Positions 25,780-38,823 of a stretch of 64,000 nucleotides of DNA are shown here, piece after piece (position 1 is the stretch's first letter; each line of letters opens with the position of its first letter). The notes beneath the pieces are model-generated. The model did no database searches. It was not told where the DNA came from and saw nothing but the letters and a program-made list of their open reading frames with translations. This DNA is from Mobula hypostoma (taxonomy: Eukaryota): positions 27,468,001 to 27,532,000 of the forward strand of contig NC_086109.1 in assembly GCF_963921235.1 (NCBI RefSeq), written 5' to 3'. Made by a program: the position numbers and the translations under genes.

Positions 25780-26611
25780 AAGGACATAAACAGTATCTAG
25801 GCTAGGCAGAGAAGCTATGGACAAAGTGCTAGAAAATAGGATTAGCATAGATATGTACTGAAGGGCTGGCATGGGCACAGTACACTATAAGGTCCTTTTA
25901 CTGTGTTGCATGTCTCTATGATTAAATGACTCTAAAAGATTATCATCAAAGCACTCACTGGCTGACTAGCAATTCCCATAATAGGAATATAATATAAAAG
26001 GCCTTTGCTGTGAAAAAAATCTTTTTATATTTGTGTTATATCTAAGAATATATCATAAACATGGCATTTTATTGTCAGGAATGCACAAGGAATCAAATGC
26101 AAGAGTGATTCGATATGCCCAATGCAGAAATGAAACAGAACCAATACGCAAAAATAGACTAAAATTACCATACAAGAGTGAATATTTTCATTCCCTGAAT
26201 GGATTTGCAAATGCAAGGGGAAAATCAAAGTGCATGCGGAAATATAAATTGCCACTTAAATGTTGGTTGCAAATTTAAAAGTAATTTTAATTATTCGGTC
26301 ATATGCCTAACAAAGCGAAAGTAATATAAATTCTGAATTGAATGAATAAAAATTAGCTTGCTAACCAAAATATTTTCTGGTTTTCTTTTAGAGATGCAGA
26401 ATTTTCAATTTTTACTTCAGATTTCCAATATTTGTAGTTATTACTCTTTCTCAACCATGCAACTGGAGTTGACAATTAAATGAAGAATATAGGGTATATT
26501 GTGCCAATAATTCCTTCCAACATACTGGTAACATCCTTCATTTATAAATAACCATGATTACAAATAGTTTACTGGAACACTCACTTGATGAAGCATTGTA
26601 AGGATTGTTAT

Positions 26612-26838
26612 TAAAAGGATGAGGAAGACATTTTTTAGCCAGAGGGAGGCAAATCTGTGGAGTTCTTTGCCAAGTCATTGGGTATATTTAAAGCTGAGGT
26701 TGATCGGTTCTTGATTAGTAAGGGTGTCAAAGGTTATGGGAAGAAGACAAGAGAATGGGTTTGAGGGGGAAAGTAAATCAGAGGAGCAGACCCAATGGAA
26801 TGAAAGGCCTGATTCTGGTCCTACGTCTTATGGTCTTA
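26612..26838 (+). mobile_element. CR1 3' fragment
   Basis: gatgaggaag..ttttttagccagagg..tcttatggtctt, typical CR1 3' end. Confidence 0.75.
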
Positions 26839-27066
26839 AGTGTCAACAGGTCATAGTATTTACATATCCACACTAGACCAAACATGCTGCAATTACATGT
26901 TGTCCTACTCTCCCTTCGCCTTTTCCCAAGCGTGATTCCCCTCTCCCTGCACCTTCCCCATTCTCAGTCCACAATAGAGACCCATATCAGAATCAGGCTT
27001 ATCATCACTCACATGTCATGATTTTTTTCCTCTGGCATCAGTACAATGCAATACATAACATTATTA

Positions 27067-27135
27067 CAGTGCTATGCAAAAGTCTTAGGCACCCTATATA
27101 CTTTGTTTGTGCCTAAGACTTTTGGTTCAGTACTG
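27067..27135. mobile_element. 69-bp Tc1-type mini-MITE
   Basis: TA|CAGTGCTATGCAAAAGTCTTAGGCAC...GTGCCTAAGACTTTTGGTTCAGTACTG|TA. Confidence 0.7.
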
Positions 27136-28254
27136 TACATGATAAATTTATTAATTAATCCTAAAATCTGATATTTGTTAGGGTCTGTCAAATTAAACTG
27201 TCATGTTATAATTGCACTAAACCAATGGCAATATTTTAACGGAGAAAAAAATAAAAAAGTATCTGTTTAACGGAGAAATTTTCACTGAGAAATTATATGG
27301 CATCCCCCATTCATTGTAAAGTGTTGTATGATCCAAAACTGATCATTTTGGAATTGATAGCATTAATCATCATTTTCAGATGAAACAACCCCATAAGCAA
27401 AATTTCACATAAAATATCCTGAGAAACTCCACAGAAATTTGAAATTTATCCTCTTTGGTTCAAATCTCGATTGATTTCATTCATCTGATGATTCTGAGAT
27501 GAGCAATATAACACACTAAGCTTCCAATTTGTAACAGATAAAGAAAAGTTTTGATCAAGGGCGAGTCTTTGAGAAGTGAGGGAAGCCATACTCAAAAATG
27601 TTTTGAAATGGATATGTCATTAATTTTGCTGGTTACTACAGAAGTCTGTAGCAAATTTTGCATTTAAAAACTGATTTTCTGTACTTTTGTATGAAATGAT
27701 GAAATAGCTTATTCTGTACAATTTTCTACAACTTAAACATTGGAATTTGCTGTTAATATCATTGTAACCTTCTGAAAGTTAATGTAATTCACTAAAACAC
27801 AACAAATGATACAATACTATTTAGCCTTTTACTTTTCCTAATCTTTTATGAAGAAATTTCTAGTCCTATTTTAATAAAAATATTGTGAAAATAAAATCAA
27901 TTGACTTCAGTATCGTAGCACAGGAACTACAGCCACATTAACTATGATGTTGTATTCACTGCTTCCAGACACTGCTGAGAATACACAATGTGTGTGATGC
28001 AACAGGACATCTCAGAGACATTTGGGGCCAAAGTCCCACAATCTTGCTTTGCTTCCCCGTAAGTAACAACCTAGCTAAAGTAGCTATGAGAGCTACCTGT
28101 TTAATGTTCTTGCTCTCAATAAACTGTAGTCGCTTATACTAAATGTTGTCCCTGAAGCTCTATTCACCCAGACAATCCTGAAACCAATGGTGTTGAGGCA
28201 CCTGGAGAATTGTTACAGTGAATAACTCCACGTTTATTAACTCATTTGTGGTTG

Positions 28255-28702
28255 TCTACAAGAGACACTGCCACAAGAAAACAGCAAGGATCACCACCAT
28301 CCAGACCATGTCCTATTCTTGCCGTTGCTTTCAGGAAGGAGGTAGAGGAGCCTTGGTCCCACACCACCAGGTTCAGGAACAGTTATTACCCTTCAACCAT
28401 CAGGCTCCTGAACCAGCATGGATAACTTCACTCACCTCAACTCTGAATTGATTCCACAATCTATGGATGCATTTTCAAGGTGTCTACAATTCATGTTCTC
28501 AATATTATTTATTTATTTGTTTCTTTGTATTTGCACAGTTTATCTTTTACACACTGATTGTTTGTCAGTCTTTGTGTGCAGTTTTTCATTGATTCTATTC
28601 TATTTCTTCATTCTACTGTGAATGTGCACAAGAAAATTGAATCCCAGGGTAGTATCTGTCAACACATATGTACTTTGATAATAAATTCACTTCGAACTTT
28701 GT
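28255..28702 (+). mobile_element. L2/Rex-Babar-type LINE 3' fragment
   Basis: caccaggttcaggaacagttattaccct..., tail tttgataataaattcacttcgaactttg. Confidence 0.7.
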
Positions 28703-29699
28703 ACATTAAACAGACAACAAAGTACCAGTGATGCGCTGAAGTCAATCAAACTAAATTTCAGAAGCTGTGTATAACATCTAACTGCTGCCATTCTGTGCAT
28801 TTAAGTACAATTCTGCCCATCAAATCATCATTTTAATTCTTGGGCCAATTTTTTTCTTCTGCACTCTATTCTTCACTGATAATACCATTACAATAAGGTT
28901 CAATGCAAGCTCTCGGGACAGCACTTCATCTTCCAAGCCAGTACGTTGCAGCAATTTGACTTGAGTTTAGCAATTTCAGATAACCAGAACTTCAGAATTT
29001 CTTTATAGATTTCAGATTTCTGAAATTCACAGTGCTTTTTTTCCTAACAATACTTCAGCTCCATACTTCAATTTTTTTTTACAGGATTATCTTTAGCTTC
29101 CCCCTACTTGTCCCACCACCACAGCCACCATTTAGTCATATGTTCGCTCCTGCCTTCTACCTGGTATTTCTGCAGAAGTTCTTACATAGCTAGCTTCTAG
29201 TCAACATTGACCCCAAAACACTGATGGTGGGGACAGTAATGATAAAGTTATTAAATGTGATGAGTAAGTAGATTTTTCTCTTGTTACAGATGCTCAGCAC
29301 ATGCATTAAAAGCCACTTATCAGTGTGTTCTCAAAGTTGTCTACACTTACTGAGCAGCCGTGTCATGACTTGAAACTTGCTCAAACATCAGGAAGCATAT
29401 CCACTTATGCGACATTTTTGTTAAAGGAATAGCAGAAAATAATTGAAAATAGGACTACTGCCCTAAGAGGCTCTCTTATATATACCATTAAACTGCCAAC
29501 ACAACCACCATTTTTCTTTGTATAAATGATGCGTTCGATCACTGTAAAGAATTCCAATTCACTTTCATTTTACGAAGGCTCGTTGATTCCCCATTTTGTG
29601 AAGACTAACTTCTATTATGTTGTGTCATGAAGAGAGCCTTTTTGGAGTAAAGGTGCTTGCATAATGTCTTCTGCATTCAGATGTCTTCTGGTATCAATG

Positions 29700-31272
29700 C
29701 AGATGGGGATATTATTGAACCTTTTCCACACATTAGTTGTTTAATTGTCTTGCACCATTTATAAACAGGAGAGAAATTGCTTCCTGAGACTGGCCCAGAT
29801 GGATTCTCCGGCCATGTTCTCAGATTCTGGCTGAACCAGCTGTCAGGAGCATTTGCAGACATCTTTAACTTCTCCCCACTCCCATCAGAGTTTCTCACCA
29901 GCTTTAAGAAGACAACTGTCACAGTGCTAGAGGAAAACAAGGAAATGGCCATTGAAGCTTGATGGCTCTGACATCCATCATGATGTAAAATGAGAGGCTC
30001 ATTATGCCACACATCAACTCCAGCTACCCAGACAATCATGATCAACTGCAATTCTCCTCCCTCCAAAACAATTCTACAGTAGATGTCATCTCCCTGGCCC
30101 TACATTCACTCTTGAACATCAATATGATAAAGACACCTCTATCACATTACTATTTATTGCTTATATCTCCACCTTTAATATCATAATTCTAAACAAACTC
30201 ATTCCCAACCTCCTCAGCCCAGGATTCCATAACTGGAACTTTAACTTCTTGACAAACAGATTACACTGTTTAAGAACAGGCAACCAGATCTATATTATCC
30301 TGGTGCTCCACAAGGCTGTGTCCTCAACTTCTTACTATACAGCCTACACACTCGCAATTGTGTGGCCAAATCCTGCTCTAACTCCATTTACAAGTGTGCA
30401 GATGACACTGCCTTTCTGGCCAGATCTCAAACAACAATGAAACAAGAATACAGGAAGGAGATAAGAAGCCTAGTGGCATAATGTCATGACAATAGCTTCT
30501 TCCTAATGACAAGATAGTGAAGGAGCTAGTCAGTGACTTCAGGAAGTGACGTGAAACGTACATCTATATCTATATCAATGATGCTAAGGTGGAGATGGTT
30601 GAGAGCTTCAAATTCCAAGGTCTAAATACCACCAACAATTTGTCCTGGTCCAGCCATGTAGACGTTATGGCCAAAAAAGCACAGCTAGCCCTTTAGTTCC
30701 TCAGAAGTCAAGGAAATTCAGCATGTTCCTGGTGACTCTCACCAATTTTTACAAATACACCTTAGAAGGTGTCTTATCCAGAAGCATTACAGCTTGGTAT
30801 GGCCACACCTCTGGCCAAGACCACAAGAAATTGCAGAGCGTTGTAAATGCAGCCCAGTCTATAATGCAAATTAGTCTCTTGACTCCATCCACTTCCTGTT
30901 GCCAAGGGAAAGCAGTCAATCAACAAACTACCCACCCCCTGTCATCTTCTCATCTCCCTCCACTCCATATCGGGCAAAAAAGACAAGAGTTTGAGAACAC
31001 ACATCACCAGGCTCAAGGACGAATTCTGTCCCTCTGTTATCAGATTCCTGAACTGACCTTTCAACTAATAACTATGAACCATTGATCTAACAATCTACCT
31101 CATAGTTGTATACCTGCACTGCACTTTCTCTCGAGTAGCAACCACCTTATTTTACAAACTCTTCTTTAACCATCTTGAGGTAGTAATATACAGCATGATC
31201 TCTCTGGATGGCACATAAAGAAAATATTTACTATATCTTGGTACAAGTGACCATAATAAACCAATACCAACA
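29700..31272 (+). mobile_element. Old Rex1/Babar-like LINE fragment
   Basis: TGPDG..QLSGAFADIFN and LTNFYKYTLEGVLSRSITAWYG. Many frameshifts. Tail aataaaccaataccaa. Confidence 0.8.
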
Positions 31273-32256
31273 TGAATCAGTGCTGATGAAAAGAAAATAT
31301 TGCAGATATTTGCCGGTAATTACAAAGGTAACGGATAACCAAAAATGATTGCTCCATCAACAGTTCATACTGCTTCTAGAATACAGAGCACAAGACTCTC
31401 TAACTATTTATTCCTTCTCTGGAAGGTTAAGTTCTGTGCTCTTATATCTTGAACCTCAAACATTATACAATTAACTTCAAGAACAATCATCCTGTTGTAT
31501 TTCATATAAAACTAGAGTGGTGATAACTTCTCTGCATCACAGACGCCAACATCCCCCTAAGTGCATTTGATCACATCACGTTGAGTTTTCAAATTAGTTG
31601 CACCAAGAAGTATATTCAACTTTGTTCCCAATGCCTATACTGGCTATGCACCTCCTTTTCTTAACCAGGGCCTCAATATCTCTTGACTATCAAGGCCCCC
31701 ACACCTGTTATCTTTACCTTTTATTTTGACAGACACATACAAGCTTTGTACTCTCAAAATTTCACTTTTCAAGGCCTCCCACTTACCAGGTATACCCTTG
31801 GCAGAAAATAAGCCTGTCCCACTCCACACTTCCCAGATTCTTTCTGATACCATCAAAATTGGACTTTCTCCAATTTAGGATATCAACTACAGATAGGACC
31901 TAACTTTTTGCACATCTACTTTGAAACTCATGGCATTGTAATCACTAGATGCAAAGTGTTCCCCTACACATAATTCTGTCACCTGCCCTGTCTCATTCCA
32001 AATAGCAGATCAGGTATCGTGCACTCTCTCGTTGGGACTTCTACGTACCGATTAAGGATACTGTTCTGGACACATTTGACAAACTCTATCCCATCTATTC
32101 CTTTTACAATAAGGGAATCCCAGTCAATACGTGGAAATTTAAAATCACCTACTATAACAACCTTATGTTTCTTGCAACAGTCAGCGATCTCTCTGCAAAT
32201 ATGTTCCTCTAAATCTCTCAGACATTTGGGTGGTCTGTAATTTAGCACCATTAATG

Positions 32257-34405
32257 GAAGGCACAGGGTATATACATCCCAAAGAGGAAGAAGTACTCTA
32301 AAGGAAAGATGACAAAACCATAGCTAACAAGATGAGTCAAAGTCAACATAAAAGCCGAAGGGAGAGCATATAACAGACCAAAAATCAGGGTGAAGTTCGA
32401 GGATTGGGAAGCTTTTAAAAACCAACGAAAAAACAACTAAAAAGGTCATTAAGAATGTAAAGACGGAATACGAAAGTAAACTAGCCAATAATATTAAAAA
32501 AGGATACCAAAGCTTCTTCAGATACATAAAGTGTAAAAGACAGTGAAGAGTGGATATCAGACCACTGGAAAATGATGCTGGAGATGTTGTAATGGGAGAC
32601 AACGAAATAGCAGATGAACTGAATAAGTATTTTGGATCAGTCTTCACTTTGGAAGACATTGGCAGGGGCATGAAGTGTGTGAAGTTACCATTACCAGGAA
32701 GATGATTCTTGGGAAACTGAAAGGTCTGAAGTTAGATAAGTCACATGGACCAGATGGTGTACACCCCAGAGTTCTGAAAGAGATGACTGAACAGATTGTG
32801 GAAGCATTAGTAACGATCTTTCAAGAATCACTAGATTCCGGAATGGATCCAAAAGACTGGAAAATTGCAAATATCACTTCAGTCTTTAAGAAAGAAGAGC
32901 AGCAGAAGAAAGGAAATTATACGACAGTTAGTCTGACCGCAGTGGTTGAGAAGATGTTGGAGTCCATTATTAATGATGAGTTCTCAGGGTACTTGGAGGC
33001 ACATGATAAAATTGACCATAGTCAGCATGGTTTCCTCAAGGGAAAATCTAGCCTGACAAATCTGTTGGAATTCTTTGAAGAAATAACAAGCAGAATAGAC
33101 AAAGGAGAATCAGTTGATGTCGTGTACTTTGATTTTCAGAAGGCATTTGACAAGGTGCCACACATTAGGCTGCTTAACATGGTATTACAGAAAAGATTCT
33201 AGCATGGATAAAGCAGTAGCTGATTGGCAGGAGGTAAAGAGTGGGAATAACAGGAGTTTTTTCAGGGTGGCTGTCAGTGACTAGTGGTGTTCCACAGGTG
33301 TCTGTGTTGGAACAAATTCTTCTAATGTTATATGTCAACGACTTGGATGATGGACTGCCGAGGGTTCTCAACCCGAAACATCGACTGTACTGTTTTCCAT
33401 AGATGCTGCCTGGCCTGCTGAGTTTCTCCTGCACTGTGTGTGTTGCTCGGTTTTTGTTAGAATTGATGGCATTGTTGCAAGGTTTGCAGATGATATGAAG
33501 ACATGTGGAGGGGAAGGTAATTTTGAGGAAGTAGAGTGGTTACAGAAGGACTTAGACAGATTAGGACTGTGAGCAAAGAAATGGCAGATGGAATACAGTG
33601 TTGAGAAGTGTATGGTCATGCACTTTGGTAGAAGAAATTAAAGGGTTGACTATTTTATAAGTGGAGAGAAAATACAAAAACCTTAGGTGCAAAGGGACTT
33701 GGCTATCCTTGTGTAGGATTCCTTAAAGGTTAATTTGCAGGTTGAGTATGTAGTGAGGAAGGCAAATGCAATGTTAACATTCATTTCAAGAGGACTAGAA
33801 TATAAAAGCAAGGATGTAATTTTGAGACTTTATAAAGCACTGATGAGGCTCACTTGGAGTATTGTGAGCAGCTTTATGTCCTTTATCTTAGAAAGGATCT
33901 GCTAAAACTGGAGAGGTTCAAAGGAGGTTCATGAAATAGACTTCAAGATTGAATGGCTTTTCATATGAAGAGTGTTTGATGGCTCTGGGCCTGTATTCGT
34001 TGGAATTCAGAAGAATGAGGGGTGACCTCATTGAAACCTATCCAATGGTGAAAGGGCTTGATAGAGTAGACGTGGAGAAGATGTGTCCTATGGTGAGAGA
34101 GTGTACGACCAGAGGACACAGCCTCAGAATACAGGGGTGTCCTTTTAGAATGGAGATGAGGAGGAAATTCTTTACCCTGAGAGTGGTGAATCTGTGGAAT
34201 TCTTTGCTACAGGCAGCTGTGGGGGCCAAGTCTTTATGTGTATTTAAGGCAGAGATTGATAGATTCTTGATTGGTCAGGGCATGAAGGGATTTGAGAGAA
34301 GGCAGGAGATTGGGGCTGACAGGAAAATTGGATCAGTCATGATAAAATGGCAGAGCAGACTTAATGGGGCCAAATGGCCCAAATCTGCTCCTATATCTGA
34401 TGGTC
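32257..34405 (+). mobile_element. Nested CR1 LINE (RT and 3' end), 6-bp TSD TTAATG
   Basis: SQHGFLKGKS..DVVYFDFQKAFDKVPH, FADD and RGHSL motifs. TTAATG at 32251-32256 and 34406-34411. Confidence 0.92.
33355..33460 (+). mobile_element. Short Penelope-tail insertion starting at a degenerate hammerhead core
   Basis: CTGCCGA-GGGTT-CTC-AACCC-GAAAC-ATC-GACTG...tgtgtgttgctc splits the CR1 RT sequence GATGGA|ATTGATGG. Confidence 0.8.
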
Positions 34406-34819
34406 TTAATGTGATCATATCTTCCTTATTCCTCAATTCCACCCTTAACACATCACTAGACAAGTTCTACAGTCTGTCCTGACTGAGCACTGCTGTAACA
34501 TTTTCCCTGACTAGTAACGCCACTCCTCTTCCTTAAATCTCTCCTGTTCTGTCATGTCTAAAACAACAGAACCCCAGAATATTGAGCTGTCAGTCCTGTC
34601 CTTCCGGGAACCAATTCTCACTAATGGTTACAATATCATAATATCATAGATGTTGATTCATGCCTTGTGCTCATTGGCCTTGCATTCGATACTTTTTGCA
34701 TTGTACACAGTTCAGGACATTAGTCGCACCATGCTCAACCTTTTGGTTCCTGGCTTTGCCTGAGGTATTAACAACATCTGCCTGCACAAACACTGCACTA
34801 ATTGTTCTGGTACTCCGAA

Positions 34820-35187
34820 GGAGTACCACACGCCATGTCAGATGATGTGGTTGATGATGGTCTTTCCATGACCATGATTGTTCTTGGCAAATATTTCTAC
34901 TGGTGTAGTTTGCCATTACCTTCTTCTGGGCAGTGTCTTTACAAGAGGGGTAACCCCAGATATTATCAACACTGTTCAGAGATTGTATGCCTGGCATCAG
35001 AAGTTGCTTAACCAGGACTTGTGATGTGCACCAGCTGCTCATCCAACCATCCACCACCTACTCCCATGATCCTAACTGAGGGGGAGGAGGGGGCACTAAA
35101 CAGGTCCCACAAGGGAGACCTGCAGGCTGGCAGAGAAAAGGGGTGCCTTACACCTCCTTTGGTCGAGGAATATCTCCAACCCGCCAC
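34820..35187 (-). mobile_element. Non-autonomous SINE-like element (RTE-type tail)
   Basis: Related partial copy at 52290-52397 (+) with a (TGA)n tail. Family assignment is tentative. Confidence 0.5.
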
Positions 35188-35401
35188 TATTGCTGTGCCA
35201 TGGGCAATTTAACTTTGCTAAAGACACTCCATATACGCTAATTCGTATTGTTGTGGATTTCCCTCTTTATCACTTTTGCATTGAGCATTTCTTGAGCAGA
35301 ATTGATACTTTGGAGTGGACTGTAGATAAATACTGGATTTGATCCACATTAATTTAGTGGCAAGCTAAAGGCAAGTGCTTAAGTTCAAAGTAAAATTTAT
35401 T

Positions 35402-35530
35402 ATAAGACCATAAGACAAAGGAGCAGAAGTCGGCCATTCGGTCCATCGAGTCTGCTCCGCCATTCCATCATGAGCTGATCCATTCTCCCATTTAGTCCCA
35501 CTCCCCCGCCTTCTCACCATAACCTTTGAT
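35402..35530 (-). mobile_element. CR1 3' end fragment
   Basis: aagaccataagac..ggagcagaagtcggccattcgg. Confidence 0.75.
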
Positions 35531-38426
35531 GAAAGGTTATCAGAGTATATACGTGTCACCATATACAAACCTGCGGGTCTGTTTGATCCTACATACCGTT
35601 TTTCTGTAACTCCCGGCCGAACTACTGCTTAATAGCAGAGGGGATGAAAATGGGTATCTACACTAGGATTCATATAATATTTTACCATTTTATTTGGATG
35701 TTTCTCATTCTGAAGACGGTAAAATCAGGACAAGTAATTAGTCCGTAAATAATTCCAGCTATATTAATCTAATACCTATTTGGCTGAAATGTATTGCATT
35801 TTAATTTCAATTACATTAATTATAAACCTGAAATTTTCTCAGCCTTCCCTAATAAATAAATACTAACCCTTAATATTTTTAGAACTCAGTCAACAGATTT
35901 TTTTTCTGATTAATGATGTTGGGAACAGATGCTTATAATTTGATGTAGCTGCAATCAGCTTTGAAAGCCAGAGTGTGGGCAGCTGTGGAGGCCCAGTCAT
36001 TGTGCATATTTAAAGTGGAGGTTGATAGGTTAGTTATTAGTAAAATTACAAGGAGAAGGCACGTGAATGCTGCTAAGAGGGATAGTAAATCAGCCATGAT
36101 GGAATGGCAGATCAGACTTAATTGCTGAGTGGCCTAATTTTGCTTCTATGTCTTAATTATTAAACATGTTGTAGTTATCATCTTAAGGTCTCCTACTTCT
36201 TACCAATATGAGTCACTTACCAATGAAAATGTTGCAAAATTTCCACACTATTTGCACCACATTTAACATTGACACACTCCGACTCTCAACTGGAAAGTTC
36301 AAAATAATTGAAGTGATTGGAGTGAAAAAATTTGGCTTTCAAGAAATCAGGACAATATTCTAACAGTTTTAACAGACAAGGTTGTGAGATATTGCTGTGA
36401 ATTTCTGATGAAGTATCATCTGCCACATGCAAAGCCTTCTTTATCAATGTGATTTCTCAAGATTGCATGCAAGAAATAGATGGGAATTAAAATCCCTTTG
36501 CTTAAAAGTTTGTTTAACTTTCATGAAAATTGAGTAAAGTTGCAAAAACTCAAATGCAATCATGGTAAGAGAAAAGCTTGTTTTTTTGACAATCTGTTAT
36601 TTTAAAAGCTTCTTAAGAATGTACTATATTATTCATAAGTTACCTGCTTGACATTTACATGGATATTTTCCATTAATACTACCAATGAATATTTGTTTAG
36701 AATTATTAACAATCTTCACAAAGTGGCGAAAATGTGTTCTAACACTGATCACAGCAGAAATTATCTCATCCCTTCTGTTGAACTAATGAACACAAAATCT
36801 GTTTGCAAAGATTCCGGCTAGGTGATCAATTCAAGCAGCAGAATGCAATCTCATTATCAAAATCTTTCCCTGGTCAGCAATATACCAAAAGTGCTGAAGA
36901 TTGAAAAATGGAAACAATTTCATGCTACCGTCTCTGAATTTTAATCTGCCACTTCAGAAAGATGAGATTCATGTACAATTGTAAATGATGCACAATATAA
37001 TTTGGTTAACTGCTTTGTACGAAAAGAGTTTAAGAAAAGTCTGACACTAAAATTTGTATCGGCAGAAATTTTAAGTAGCTTTTTTTCATCTCTGTAGCGC
37101 TTGTGAAATCAGATCTTCTAATTCAATCTCAGCAGCCCGCTGTTTGTCACTGTCTGTCTTTATCTCCTCAGCAGCAAAAAAATATGGAAGAGAGTTAAAA
37201 GAAACCTGGCTCGTGGTATTCAGCCTGCAATGAACAACAGGACTCTTATGAGCTTTGGTTACAGAGTACCTGGGATGCAATTACATAGCTTCCTGAAAGT
37301 GTGTTCCTATCTTGTGCGATGTTCTTTGTTCTAATTATTTTTGCCAACCATACACAATGGGCTGGGTTTTCCTTGATATCGACTTGTCTTCTGCCTGCCT
37401 CCTGTGAAAATCTTGAAGTTGCATTAACTTTTTGCATTCACTTGGCTCCTAATCAATTCTCCACTGCCAAGCCATTCCACAAAGAACAGCCCCCTAGAAG
37501 CAGCTAGGCCTCCAGTGGCTCAAACTGAGACCCTATCCATGGACTTCCCTCAAGACATTCAAGCTGCTGGAAGGTCTTTTCCATTCACCAAGGTCTCTGA
37601 TGATCAGAGACATTTAAAAACAGATGAATAATTTCAAGAACTAAACATAGCTATTTAAAGAGCAATTAATACGTGAATGAATTAAAATCTCATCATTAAC
37701 TAAAATAACAAAAATAGAACTTTTAAATGGACAAGAACACCATTCAAATTAATGAGGCCAGACACGTCAACCCAGTTCAATCAGCTCCTCTGCTGAGTTT
37801 GATCAGAAATCAGCCTTAGTTCTACCTGAAATCCGTCCTAGGTTGCATTATTCTTTTGTGCTCCCACATCTCCCAATGTCCTGGAGGCTACAGTTACCCA
37901 CAGCTGCCAAGTCAGCCTTCTTTGGTTTTAACTGAGTCTCCACCCATGGACTGCCTCCATGGTTTTCATACGGTGCGAAGGCTTTTTCCATTCTGATGAT
38001 CAGAGACATTTAGAAACAGTTGAAATAAATATATGTATATTTATATTATTTTAATTGCAAGTATTTGAATGAATTAAAAAATTAACCACAATAATAAACT
38101 TTAATCGTTTTAGCATAGATGGCAATCCAGCACAATAGTTCACAAAACAACCCAGCTCTTGTCACTAAATCCATGGCCCAATGAGGTCAGATAGGTTGGC
38201 ATCTGACCTCCAGCACATCCCATCATGCATTACTGTTTGAGTGATTGCAGATATCTAGAGCATGTTGACAGATGACAACAGTGTCAACCAGTCCAATGGA
38301 ACTATGGTATTCTTTCTCTTCATGTTTCAAATATGCTTACTTGTTCTGTAGATGCCTTTCCACTGAGTCATCCATCTCATTACTCATTTTCCTATGCACT
38401 TAAAGACCATAATTCTAGAAACCTAC

Positions 38427-38531
38427 CTATCGTAGTCACCGTTGCAGAGAGCCCGCACAGGAATGCAAAACTGCTGCCACACAGGATTCAGTGTATTTTT
38501 CACCACCTCCGTTTTATGGCAAATTGTGAAG
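38427..38531 (-). CDS. CPNE5: Copine (CPNE5-like) coding exon, C2B domain
   Basis: ttctag|C TTC ACA...GAT AG|gtaggt. 105 nt encoding (T)[34 protein letters not shown](R). Phase matches the upstream exon (AC+C=Thr). Confidence 0.92.
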
Positions 38532-38823
38532 CTAGAAACACAAATAAAAATGAATTCCAAACTGTCAAAGCAACAAATATAATTATTTCCTGTGGAAAGT
38601 TTTAGAAAGCTGTGCACATTTATGTCAAAAGAGTCACAAGCACTCTCTTGAAAAAAGTGCATGCCTTACCTTGCAAGACATGTACTAAATTTCATTATCT
38701 ACGTGATATTAATGAAAGACCAAGTTACATATTCCTTCATGTTATTCCCCAAGAGCATTTATGGAGAAAGGCTTTATTTCTAAGTGCATTCTAAAACAAT
38801 AGTACAGATTTGTATTGTTCTTT

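Larger units (their letters stand above)
31640..34815 (-). mobile_element. CR1 LINE fragment (APE endonuclease region), host of a nested CR1
   Basis: ELRNKEDMITL|MVLNYRPP..VIVGDFKFPRIDW is contiguous after removing the inner element. Confidence 0.85.

Noticed and set aside
37086..37507. Short ORFs or possible conserved non-coding element
   Set aside because: No recognisable domain, and conservation cannot be assessed from one sequence.
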